NCBI GenBank assembly: GCA_965215195.1
Contig: CBDCDC010000002.1
Location: forward strand, 512,001-576,000
Reading direction: 5' to 3'
Source: Candidatus Latescibacterota bacterium
GTDB lineage: Bacteria; Latescibacterota; UBA2968; UBA8231
Length of the DNA: 64,000 bases
The position numbers and the translations under genes were made by a program. The first letter of the stretch is position 1; every line of letters starts with the position of its first letter. Of the stretch, positions 51,465-59,539 are shown piece after piece. The notes beneath the pieces were generated by a model. It did not search any database and had not been told where the DNA came from. It saw only the letters and a program-made list of their open reading frames with translations.

Positions 51465-52432
51465 TGGCTGCCAAGATCTATCGCTATTGGATTGCGGTGC
51501 CGAGCGGGTTGGAGGCGGTGGCACTCGACGAGTTGCGAGAGTACGCGCCCGAGGCACAGCAGGTCAAAGTCGAACCGGGCGGGCGCATGGGCCAGATTTT
51601 CTTTGCGTACAAGCGCAGCCCGAAGCGGCTGCTGCGGCTGCGCTCGGCCGTGCAGTGCGCCGGTTTAATCGTTGAGATGCATGGTGTTACGGTGGGCCGC
51701 CCGGGCCTTGAGTACATCTGCAAACGCATCGCCCGCTGCGATCTGACGCCGGTCAAAAGCCTCGCGCAGGCCCAATCGGCTGCGGTTGACACCCGTGCTT
51801 TTGCCCTGAGCGCGACGCTGCGGGGCCGCTATCGGTTTAGCGCGGCCGAGCTGACCGCGGCCGTGGCAGCGGTTTTGCGCGACGAGCACGGGTTGCGCCG
51901 CGGCAAAGGGCCGCATCTGCTACGGCTTCACTTGCAGCTAACCGGGCGGCGTGCCCTGTTGGGGCTGCGGCTGGGGACGGGCGCAACTCCGAGTGCGGCC
52001 GTGGCGTATTGCTTGGCCCGCTTGGTGGCCGTGCAGCCGGGGGCCTGCGTCCTGTGGGCGCGCCGCGATCTTGGCGAGTTGGCCGCGCTACAAGAGGCGT
52101 TTGCGCCGCGCCTGCTAGTAGGTATCCGAGCGCACCTAATCGCCGCGCTGGAGCGCCTGCCCTTCGCGGCGGGAGTTATGGATTATGCGCTCGGCTTGGT
52201 CGGCGGGAACCCCGGCGCTGAACTGGCCGAACTGGCGCGGGTGTTGCGGCCGGGGGGGATCGCCCTCGTCCAAGTTGCCGAATTCGAGCACTTCATCGCC
52301 CTTTTGGAAGCCGGGGACTATCCTCTCGCAGTCTTGGCCGACTTGGAGATGCGCGAGCGCGGGCGGGCGTATCGGCTGGTCGTTCTCGAACGTTTGGAAG
52401 GGGAAGAGGCTGGGCTTTTGCAGGTGCTGTGA
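51464..52432 (+). CDS. THUMP-like domain fused to a degenerate methyltransferase domain
   Basis: GLEAVALDEL, LRLRSA N-terminus; LARVLRPGG C-terminus; no Gly-rich SAM motif I. Confidence 0.55.
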   Translation: MAAKIYRYWIAVPSGLEAVALDELREYAPEAQQVKVEPGGRMGQIFFAYKRSPKRLLRLRSAVQCAGLIVEMHGVTVGRPGLEYICKRIARCDLTPVKSLAQAQSAAVDTRAFALSATLRGRYRFSAAELTAAVAAVLRDEHGLRRGKGPHLLRLHLQLTGRRALLGLRLGTGATPSAAVAYCLARLVAVQPGACVLWARRDLGELAALQEAFAPRLLVGIRAHLIAALERLPFAAGVMDYALGLVGGNPGAELAELARVLRPGGIALVQVAEFEHFIALLEAGDYPLAVLADLEMRERGRAYRLVVLERLEGEEAGLLQVL

Positions 52433-52516
52433 AGGTGCTGAGAATTTGATCCTTAATTCCAAAAAGTATTACCTTAAAAAGGCCTAATTACATCCCTCTC
52501 TACAGGAGACAACCCA

Positions 52517-52984
52517 ATGAAAACGATCATTTTATCGGCCAGCTTATTAGTCTTGGCGAGCTTGTGGTCTTGCGGCGAGGCCCCGCTGACTACCGCGCCC
52601 GAGAAAGTGGACGCGGCTTGGGAAACCGTAGAGGTCAACGGAGTTGGCTATCAGCGGGTCGCCAGCAAGACGGCCGCCACCGCAAGCTCGGAGCTCCAGA
52701 TAACGATACCGATCCGCTACACGATTGAAGCAGCAGGCCAGATAACGCTATCCGATACTGTGGTAATTGCCGGTCGTACCTATGTTTATGACGATGGTCG
52801 GCATGACGACGATTGCGACGAAGATGGTCGGCATGACGATGATTGCGACGAAGATGGTCGGCACGACGACGATTGCGACGATTATGACGACGATGATTAT
52901 GACGACGATGACGATCATGACGACGACGATTATGACGACGATGACGATGACGATGACGATGACGACGACGATGACGACGACTAA
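52517..52984 (+). CDS. Lipoprotein with a poly-aspartate tail
   Basis: AGGAG RBS; lipobox LWSC; last 64 aa contain 46 Asp. Confidence 0.8.
   Translation: MKTIILSASLLVLASLWSCGEAPLTTAPEKVDAAWETVEVNGVGYQRVASKTAATASSELQITIPIRYTIEAAGQITLSDTVVIAGRTYVYDDGRHDDDCDEDGRHDDDCDEDGRHDDDCDDYDDDDYDDDDDHDDDDYDDDDDDDDDDDDDDDD
52793..52981 (+). repeat. 3 x 30-bp tandem repeat (DGRHDDDCDE) followed by a GAC/GAT run
   Basis: GATGGTCGGCAYGACGAYGATTGCGACGA starting at 52793, 52823 and 52853. Confidence 0.9.
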
Positions 52985-53018
52985 TTCGTCTGTCCGCCGC
53001 TCGGGCGTCGCGTATTAA

Positions 53019-54320
53019 ATGGATATAGACATGTCGCTACCTAACTCCGCAACGGCCTTCGCCCGAGCGCAGAACGTCATCCCCGGGGGCGTGAACAGTC
53101 CGGCGCGGGCTTTCGGTGCGGTGGGCGGTGGCCCTCGCTTTATCGACCGGGGGGCTGGTTCGCGCCTGTTCGATATTGATGGCCGCGAATACATCGACTA
53201 CGTATGCTCTTGGGGGCCACTCATTTTCGGCCATGCCCATCCCCGCGTCGTAAGGGCCGTACAGGAAGCCTGCGCAAAGGGGACCAGTTTCGGTGCCCCG
53301 ACCGAGCTGGAAACCGCATTGGCCGAGCGCATTGTGGCCATGGTGCCCTCCATCGAAATGGTGCGGATGGTGAGTTCGGGGACCGAGGCCACGATGGCCG
53401 CGGTGCGCTTGGCGCGCGGCCATACCGGCAGGGACAAAATCGCCAAATTCGAAGGCTGCTGGCACGGGCACGGGGACGCCTTCTTGAGCGAGGCCGGGTC
53501 TTCGGCCCTGACCTTGGGGGTCCCCACCAGCCCGGGCGTACCGCAAAGCGTGGTTGATTCGACCCTGACGCTGCCGTACAACGACGCGGCCGCCGTGCGT
53601 GTGGCCGTGCGGGAAAACAGCGGCCAGCTCGCCGCCATCATCGTCGAGCCGGTGGCCGGCAATATGGGGACCGTGCCCCCGTGCGAGGGCTTTCTCCCGG
53701 CCCTGCGCCAACTAGCCGACGAAGAGGGAATCGTCCTCATCTTCGACGAGGTCATCACTGGGTTCCGCGTCGGCCCGGGCGGGGCGCAAGAGCGCTATGG
53801 CGTGATGCCCGACCTGACGTGCTTGGGCAAAATAGTCGGGGGGGGCTTGCCGGCCGCCGCGTATGGCGGCAAGCGGGAGATCATGGAAAACGCGTCGCCG
53901 CTGGGCATAAAGGTCTCGCAGGCTGGCACCTTATCGGGCAACCCCCTCGCCATGGCCGCTGGCTTGGAACAATTGAACATGCTGTCCGAACCCGGAGTCT
54001 ATGAAACGCTGGAGAGTCGCTGCGCCGATTTGGCGGCCGGCATGGCCGACAACCTGCAAAAACTGGGCTTGGACTACGCGCTCAACCGGGTCGGTGCCAT
54101 GCTCTGCATGTTTTTTACCTCGCGTCCGGTGGTGGATTTTGCCAGCGTCGGCACGGTCGATCTAGTGCGCTTTAAGCACTATTTCTGGGCTTGCCTAGAG
54201 CGGGGCCTCTATCTGGCCCCCTCCCAATACGAATGTATGTTTCCCTCGCTCGCCCACGGGGAAGGGGATATCGAAGAAACCCTCCGCATTCACTTTGACG
54301 CGCTCAAGGCCGTGCATTGA
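53019..54320 (+). CDS. hemL: Glutamate-1-semialdehyde 2,1-aminomutase
   Basis: PGGVNSPARAF, SGTEATM, FDEVITGFR, LGKIVGGG, GTLSGNP. Confidence 0.97.
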   Translation: MDIDMSLPNSATAFARAQNVIPGGVNSPARAFGAVGGGPRFIDRGAGSRLFDIDGREYIDYVCSWGPLIFGHAHPRVVRAVQEACAKGTSFGAPTELETALAERIVAMVPSIEMVRMVSSGTEATMAAVRLARGHTGRDKIAKFEGCWHGHGDAFLSEAGSSALTLGVPTSPGVPQSVVDSTLTLPYNDAAAVRVAVRENSGQLAAIIVEPVAGNMGTVPPCEGFLPALRQLADEEGIVLIFDEVITGFRVGPGGAQERYGVMPDLTCLGKIVGGGLPAAAYGGKREIMENASPLGIKVSQAGTLSGNPLAMAAGLEQLNMLSEPGVYETLESRCADLAAGMADNLQKLGLDYALNRVGAMLCMFFTSRPVVDFASVGTVDLVRFKHYFWACLERGLYLAPSQYECMFPSLAHGEGDIEETLRIHFDALKAVH

Positions 54321-54748
54321 GCGCGGGGAATCCCAATAGGCTGTGGATGCTCGCGTGGACCGTCCTGTGGGCCGGGGGATGCGCCGACGGCGAGGTTCGC
54401 GAAGATGAACGGGTGCCCGAACCTGCCAGTCGCCGCGAAGTAGTTGTCTTAACGCCGACTGACTCTGTGGTCGCCCCAGCTAATGCTATTGATACCAGCC
54501 CGGTATTTTTCGATCCCGACGGCCAATTCACCGTCCAAGTCGGCGTCTATCGGGATGCAAAACGCGCCGATCAGAAGGTGCGCGAATTAAAGGACGAGGG
54601 CTATCCGGCTTATAGCGTGCAGAGCGATGCTGGCGTACGGGTGCGAATCGGCTATTTCACCGAGCACACCGACGCCGACCGCTTTGGTCGCATTTTTGCC
54701 AAGGATCGCGGTGTGGAGTATTGGATAGCTTGGCGCGCCAATGAATAA
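54317..54748 (+). CDS. SPOR domain lipoprotein
   Basis: Lipobox AGGC; FTVQVG, VRIG.F. Confidence 0.8.
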   Translation: MSAGNPNRLWMLAWTVLWAGGCADGEVREDERVPEPASRREVVVLTPTDSVVAPANAIDTSPVFFDPDGQFTVQVGVYRDAKRADQKVRELKDEGYPAYSVQSDAGVRVRIGYFTEHTDADRFGRIFAKDRGVEYWIAWRANE

Positions 54749-55151
54749 AACTCGCGTACTGTGCTGCGGCACTTTTGATTACCTGCACCCGGGCCACCGC
54801 TCCTTCATTGAGCAGGCGGCTGCGCTGGGCGACGAACTGTTCGTGGTGGTCGCCCGCGACGAGAACGTTCGGCGCATCAAGGGGCACTATCCCGACCAAT
54901 CCCAAGAAGAGCGCCAAGCCGCGCTGGAGAAGCTGCCCGAGGTCACCGAAGTCCGCCTCGGCCACGAGGGGTGTAACTTTTTGCGCATCGTCGGCGAGAT
55001 CGCCCCCCACATTATTGCCCTCGGCTACGACCAAAGGAGGCCAGCGGGCTTGGCCGAAGCCTTTCCCCAGTGCGAAATCGTCGTTCTCCAGCCCCATCGC
55101 CCCGAGCAGTTTAAGTCGTCCCTTTTTCGGCGTCAGGCAGGCCGCACGTGA
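54741..55151 (+). CDS. Cytidylyltransferase-family nucleotidyltransferase, RibL-type FAD synthase-like
   Basis: GTFDYLHPGH, VVVARD, IALGYDQ, KSS. Confidence 0.75.
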   Translation: MNKTRVLCCGTFDYLHPGHRSFIEQAAALGDELFVVVARDENVRRIKGHYPDQSQEERQAALEKLPEVTEVRLGHEGCNFLRIVGEIAPHIIALGYDQRRPAGLAEAFPQCEIVVLQPHRPEQFKSSLFRRQAGRT

Positions 55152-55699
55152 AGCCTTCGCCCCAACTCATCCTCTGGTACGGGCGCGACAAGGCTCCGGC
55201 CTTGCCGGAAATGGCCGGCTATCAACTGCGGACGTACCAGCCGGGCGACGAGGCGGGCTGGTTGGCCCTATTGCAGGCCAACGGCGAATTGGGCCGTTGG
55301 GACCGGCAGCGGCTAGAGGCCGTACTGGAAGGAACTCGGGTCCAGCTCTTTGTCGAGTGCGCGGGGCAGATCGTCGCCTGTACGGGTTGCAACGACCGCG
55401 ACCGCGAGTTGCGGCCGTGTTGGGAAATCGGCTGGGTTGCGGTCCACCCGGCCTTTCAGGGGCGCGGCCTAGGCAAGTTCATCGTAGCGGCGGCCGTGGT
55501 CCAAGCCAAGGCTTTAGGGCCGCGACCCATATACCTGCTGACCGATGACTTCCGCATCCCGGCCCTGCGCTGCTATCTCAAGCTGGGCTTCGCGCCCAAT
55601 AGCAGCCATCCATCCTACCCGCGCCGCTGGGCCGACATCTTTGCCCGTTTGGGCGCGGATTATCAAGCCCTAAAACCCGAGTTTGTCTCCTCAGCCTAG
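55148..55699 (+). CDS. GNAT N-acetyltransferase
   Basis: VAVHPAFQGRGLG, PALRCYLKLGF. Confidence 0.88.
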   Translation: MKPSPQLILWYGRDKAPALPEMAGYQLRTYQPGDEAGWLALLQANGELGRWDRQRLEAVLEGTRVQLFVECAGQIVACTGCNDRDRELRPCWEIGWVAVHPAFQGRGLGKFIVAAAVVQAKALGPRPIYLLTDDFRIPALRCYLKLGFAPNSSHPSYPRRWADIFARLGADYQALKPEFVSSA

Positions 55700-55759
55700 T
55701 GGAGTTTTTCTTCTAGGTCTTCTACCTGCCCCGGCCAACGTTGACGCCGGCAGACTGTT

Positions 55760-57337
55760 ATGATACAGATGGAACCCAGAGCGGGACGGACGGCCAAGCG
55801 CAAACTGCCCATCGGCATTCAGACCTTCCGCGAAATCCGCGAGGACCACTGCTACTATGTCGATAAGACCGCCTACATGGAGCGGTTGGTTGACGAGGGC
55901 AAGCACTACTTCCTGTCGCGTCCCCGTCGGTTTGGCAAGAGCCTGTTTCTCGACACACTGAAGGAGTTGTTTGAGGGAAACGAGCCGTTGTTTGAGGGGC
56001 TGGCCATCCACGAGCGGTGGGACTGGTCGGTTCGCCATCCGGTGCTGCGGCTCGACTTTAGCCGGGGCTACTTCAAGGAGCCGGGCCAGCTACAAGAGGA
56101 CGTGATGGCACAACTGGACGCCATGGAAAGGCGAGGGGGCGTCGGTTCGGACTACACGGGTGCAGCGGTACGCTTCAGCTATCTCATTGAAGCGTTGCAC
56201 GAGCGCACTGGCCAGCGGGTGGCGGTGCTGATTGACGAGTACGACAAGCCCATTCTCGACGCACTAGAGGTGCCGGAGGTGGCTCGGGCTAACCGCGACT
56301 ACTTGCGCGGGTTGTACGCGACGATCAAGGACAGCGACGCGCACATCGCGTTCAGCTTCCTCACCGGGGTGAGCAAGTTCTCCAAGGTCAGCTTGTTCTC
56401 CGGCCTCAACAATCTCAAGGACATTACCTTAGACCCGCGCTACTCGGCCATTTGCGGCTATACTGAGGCCGACTTGGACACGCTGTTCGCCCCGGAACTG
56501 CCCGGCTTGGACCGAGCGGAAATCCGACGCTGGTACAATGGCTACAACTGGCTAGGTGAAGAACAGGTGTACAACCCCTTTGATGTCCTCCTGCTGTTCG
56601 ACCGCCGCCGGTTCGGGGCCTACTGGTTCGAGACGGGTACGCCGACGTTTCTGCTTGAGACGTTGTTGGCGCGTGAGGTCAGTGCCCTCGCCTTGGACGA
56701 TATGCTCGGCAGCGAGGAATTACTGTCGGCGTTTGATGTGGATCACATTGCGACCGAGGCCCTGCTGTTCCAGACCGGCTACCTGACCATTCGCCGCACC
56801 GAGCCGCGCGGCGGGCAGATGTACTACCGGCTGGGCTACCCCAACCAGGAGGTGCGGCAGAGCCTGAACGAGAGCCTGCTGAACCACTTGACGGGGAACC
56901 CGGTGCGCCGGGCCGAGCACGGTGCCCGGCTGTACGACCTGCTACTGGTCAATGACTTCGATGGCTTGGAGCGGCTGTTGGAGGCGTTTTTTGCCAGCAT
57001 TCCCTATCAGTGGCACGCAAATAATGAGATTGCGAGCTACGAGGGCTATTACGCCAGTGTGTTTTATTCGTACTTCGCGTCGCTGGGGCTGTCGATTACC
57101 GTGGAGGACAGCAGTCAGGCGGGTCGCTTGGACATGGCGGTGGAGTTCAATGGGAACGTGTACCTGTTTGAGTTCAAGGTGGTGGAACGGGCGTCGGCAG
57201 GGGCGGCACTGCGGCAGTTACACGAGCGGGACTACGCGGCCAAGTATCGCGGTCGAGGCGCGGCGATTTACCTCGTTGGGGTGGAGTTCAGCCGGGAGAC
57301 GCGCAACCTGACCGCTTTCGAGGTGGAACGGGCGTGA
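55760..57337 (+). CDS. AAA-like ATPase with C-terminal PD-(D/E)XK nuclease domain
   Basis: LPIGIQTF, YVDKT, RPRRFGKSL, LIDEYDKP, WYNGY, YWFETG; GRLDM...YLFEFK...Q...RDY. Confidence 0.9.
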   Translation: MIQMEPRAGRTAKRKLPIGIQTFREIREDHCYYVDKTAYMERLVDEGKHYFLSRPRRFGKSLFLDTLKELFEGNEPLFEGLAIHERWDWSVRHPVLRLDFSRGYFKEPGQLQEDVMAQLDAMERRGGVGSDYTGAAVRFSYLIEALHERTGQRVAVLIDEYDKPILDALEVPEVARANRDYLRGLYATIKDSDAHIAFSFLTGVSKFSKVSLFSGLNNLKDITLDPRYSAICGYTEADLDTLFAPELPGLDRAEIRRWYNGYNWLGEEQVYNPFDVLLLFDRRRFGAYWFETGTPTFLLETLLAREVSALALDDMLGSEELLSAFDVDHIATEALLFQTGYLTIRRTEPRGGQMYYRLGYPNQEVRQSLNESLLNHLTGNPVRRAEHGARLYDLLLVNDFDGLERLLEAFFASIPYQWHANNEIASYEGYYASVFYSYFASLGLSITVEDSSQAGRLDMAVEFNGNVYLFEFKVVERASAGAALRQLHERDYAAKYRGRGAAIYLVGVEFSRETRNLTAFEVERA

Positions 57338-57352
57338 ATCTCTGACTTCTCA

Positions 57353-57688
57353 TTATCCCCCTAATTCTTCCATCACCGCTTTTGTTATCCGCTTAGCCAG
57401 TCTGATCTCCGCCAACTCTTTCGTCGCCAGATACACGAGAAATTCTTGCAGCTCTCTGCCTTTTTCCGTCTGCGTTTCCCCTTCATATCTCATCAAGTCC
57501 ACTAACTGTATCCGCAACGCTTTTGAAATTTTGTAAAGCGTTTCTAAGCTCGGCGTTGCTCTCCGGCCCTCGATCTTCCTAATCCCGTCCACGCTAAGTC
57601 CTGCCAGCTCAGCCAGCTTCTCTTGGGTTATCCCTGCCTGCCGGCGCAACTGCTGCACCCTGTAGCAAGCTACATTTCTGATATCCAT
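57353..57688 (-). CDS. XRE-family HTH transcriptional regulator
   Basis: LRRQAGITQEKLAE...IEG...PSLETLYKISKAL. Confidence 0.85.
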   Translation of the reverse strand: MDIRNVACYRVQQLRRQAGITQEKLAELAGLSVDGIRKIEGRRATPSLETLYKISKALRIQLVDLMRYEGETQTEKGRELQEFLVYLATKELAEIRLAKRITKAVMEELGG

Positions 57689-57798
57689 ACCTGTATCCCT
57701 GTCGATCTCCGCCTCCCCCAAGCAACCCGTTATTTTTTTAAGCTGTTGTATTTATTGGGGTAAATACAGGTATTTTAAGGCATGTTATTAATTTATAA

Positions 57799-57826
57799 TT
57801 GACTTCAATACATATTTTCTTAAGAT
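57799..57826 (+). promoter_or_regulatory. Putative promoter in the AT-rich divergent region
   Basis: TTGACT-16 nt-TAAGAT. Confidence 0.45.
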
Positions 57827-57882
57827 TAATTACCGTACGTGAGGAAACGTGCGATTTCACAAATAGGAAGGTAGGAAGGATT

Positions 57883-58275
57883 ATGCAGCGCAGGCTTTTG
57901 ACTTTTGCGGCTCGGATCGCAGTGGCGTGTGCCGTTATAGCGGCGTTCAGTGTCATCTCAAGTGGCTGTGCCGCAGCCTTGGGGGGCGCGATCTCGGCAT
58001 CACAGGCAAGCCGTGATAGAGCCAGAGAAGAAGCTAAAAAGGGGCCTGAGATGACTCAGCTACAAATACGCGAGCTACAAACGCGCGAATGGGACACAAC
58101 CGATAAAGAAAATCGATGCAAACCACCTTGTTTCCAGCGTAAAATCTCAAAGCAGTTCCTTTTAGAAGCTGTCTTAAAACTCGCGTCGGGTCGCAGGGAT
58201 CCTTGGGCTGGAGGGCGTCTCGCCCTCGCACCCAAGCCATCAGTGGGCCGCAGAGGACAGTACGAGGGGTTTTGA
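57883..58275 (+). pseudogene. Truncated lipoprotein gene whose stop codon lies inside a MITE
   Basis: AGGA RBS, lipobox SSGC, TQLQIRELQTREWDT motif, then non-protein-like sequence. Confidence 0.55.
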
Positions 58276-58284
58276 GACAGCTTC
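58165..58284. mobile_element. 120-bp MITE with 16-bp terminal inverted repeats and TTA target duplication
   Basis: GAAGCTGTCTTAAAAC ... GTTTTGAGACAGCTTC (15/16 match); TTA at 58162-58164 and 58285-58287. Confidence 0.8.
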
Positions 58285-58356
58285 TTAAGGATCACAGCCA
58301 AGCCCTATGAGGCGGTCCTTTCTTCTATACCATATCATTTGCTTAGGAGCAATCTT

Positions 58357-58929
58357 ATGAAAAAGAAAATACCTTTGTTAATACTAGCCTTTTTTCTTTG
58401 GTATAGCCCTGTGGCAGGCAATGAACTGGAGAGTTGGTACACCTATTGGGGAGGGGGCTGGAGCAATGTTACTTACCATGATGAAGACCTCAATGACGCG
58501 CTGGGTGATGTCGACTGGGATTTCCATATTCCCCTTAACCTTGATCTATTGGGATTCTACTGGCCACGCGGCGAGCATCTTCTGATGGGGTTTGTTGTTA
58601 ATGCTTTCGGAGACCGCTATGAGTTAGGCGGCGATTGGATTCAGATCAACGGTTATACATATTCCCTCAGTGTTATAAATTTCCTACAGAATCGTATCGG
58701 CCAAGGGCCTTTTATGCGCTTGGACGTCGGGCCGGCTCTCTTATTAGCAGACACCAATTTCTTTGGTAGTGAGACGAGCGACTGGGGCTGGGGATTTTTA
58801 GGAGGTGTTGGCTACGGCTTGCCCATAACTAGCGGCACACGGTTGCTCTTCCAGCTCAATTACGGCTTGCGCCGCGTCGAAGGCGATAATACAGGAGCAC
58901 TCAACTTGAGCTTGGGGGGAATGTGGTAA
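58357..58929 (+). CDS. Small outer-membrane beta-barrel-like protein
   Basis: AGGAG RBS, signal peptide, amphipathic Gly/aromatic strands, terminal Trp. Confidence 0.7.
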   Translation: MKKKIPLLILAFFLWYSPVAGNELESWYTYWGGGWSNVTYHDEDLNDALGDVDWDFHIPLNLDLLGFYWPRGEHLLMGFVVNAFGDRYELGGDWIQINGYTYSLSVINFLQNRIGQGPFMRLDVGPALLLADTNFFGSETSDWGWGFLGGVGYGLPITSGTRLLFQLNYGLRRVEGDNTGALNLSLGGMW

Positions 58930-58972
58930 CTTGCGTTGGCAGTGGATGTCATTTGAACGCTTATGACCGAAA

Positions 58973-59059
58973 TTAGCCCAGTTGCCGCAGCCGCTGCTCC
59001 AACACCGTGTGGTCGGCGGCCGGCCCCCAATCCCCATGCCCGTAGTTAGACGCTGCTTT
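58973..59059 (-). pseudogene. Diverged duplicate of the 3' end of the sulfatase-like gene
   Basis: KAASNYGHGDWGPAADHTVLEQRLRQLG vs KAASRYGHADWGPATDRAILEQRLRKLG at 59552..59635 (21/28 aa). Confidence 0.85.
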
Positions 59060-59077
59060 GGCATGAAGGTTAGCGGC

Positions 59078-59428
59078 TCAAGGCACGATCTCGTCCACAG
59101 CGACGGTAATATTAGCCACCGCCTCCACTTTAGGCTGGATCACAATATGATGTACATCCTGATCCAGCGCGTTTAGGAAGGCCAAGAGCTTTGCAACGGA
59201 AAATTTATCGAACTGCCCTCTTTTCAGATCGGAGACCCGTCCTTGGGCAATGCCGAGCAAGGGGCCGGCGTCTTTCTGGGTTAGGCCGTTCTCCTCGATA
59301 ATATCTAAAATTCTTGTGGCGATGCTTGCTTTTAATGCCCATTCCTCTGGCTTGGCATATCCTAAGTCAGCGTAAACATTCGTCGATCCCTCATAGTATT
59401 CAGTATCGCCTACTTTTCTCTTCTTCAC
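59078..59428 (-). CDS. HigA-like XRE antitoxin
   Basis: GSTNVYADLG, LTQ..AG.LLGI.Q.RVS.L.RG...FS..KL..FL.AL; GAGGAG RBS, GTG start. Confidence 0.8.
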   Translation of the reverse strand: MKKRKVGDTEYYEGSTNVYADLGYAKPEEWALKASIATRILDIIEENGLTQKDAGPLLGIAQGRVSDLKRGQFDKFSVAKLLAFLNALDQDVHHIVIQPKVEAVANITVAVDEIVP

Positions 59429-59539
59429 GATTTTCTCTCCTCTGCTATTATTTTCGCTTGTTGAAGCCGCCGTGCAATGGTGGCCAATTGGGCTTGTCGT
59501 TTTTGCCATGACTGGCCCTGTCGGCGGCCCGGACGAAAA

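Noticed and set aside
52767-53018. Thr/Met-rich ORF, or a CRISPR-like array from the 30-bp repeats
   Set aside because: Alternative frame of the Asp tract; repeats are contiguous with no spacers and no cas genes.
57353-57882. Prophage immunity switch or R-M controller
   Set aside because: No phage, methylase or restriction genes adjacent and no clear operator repeats.
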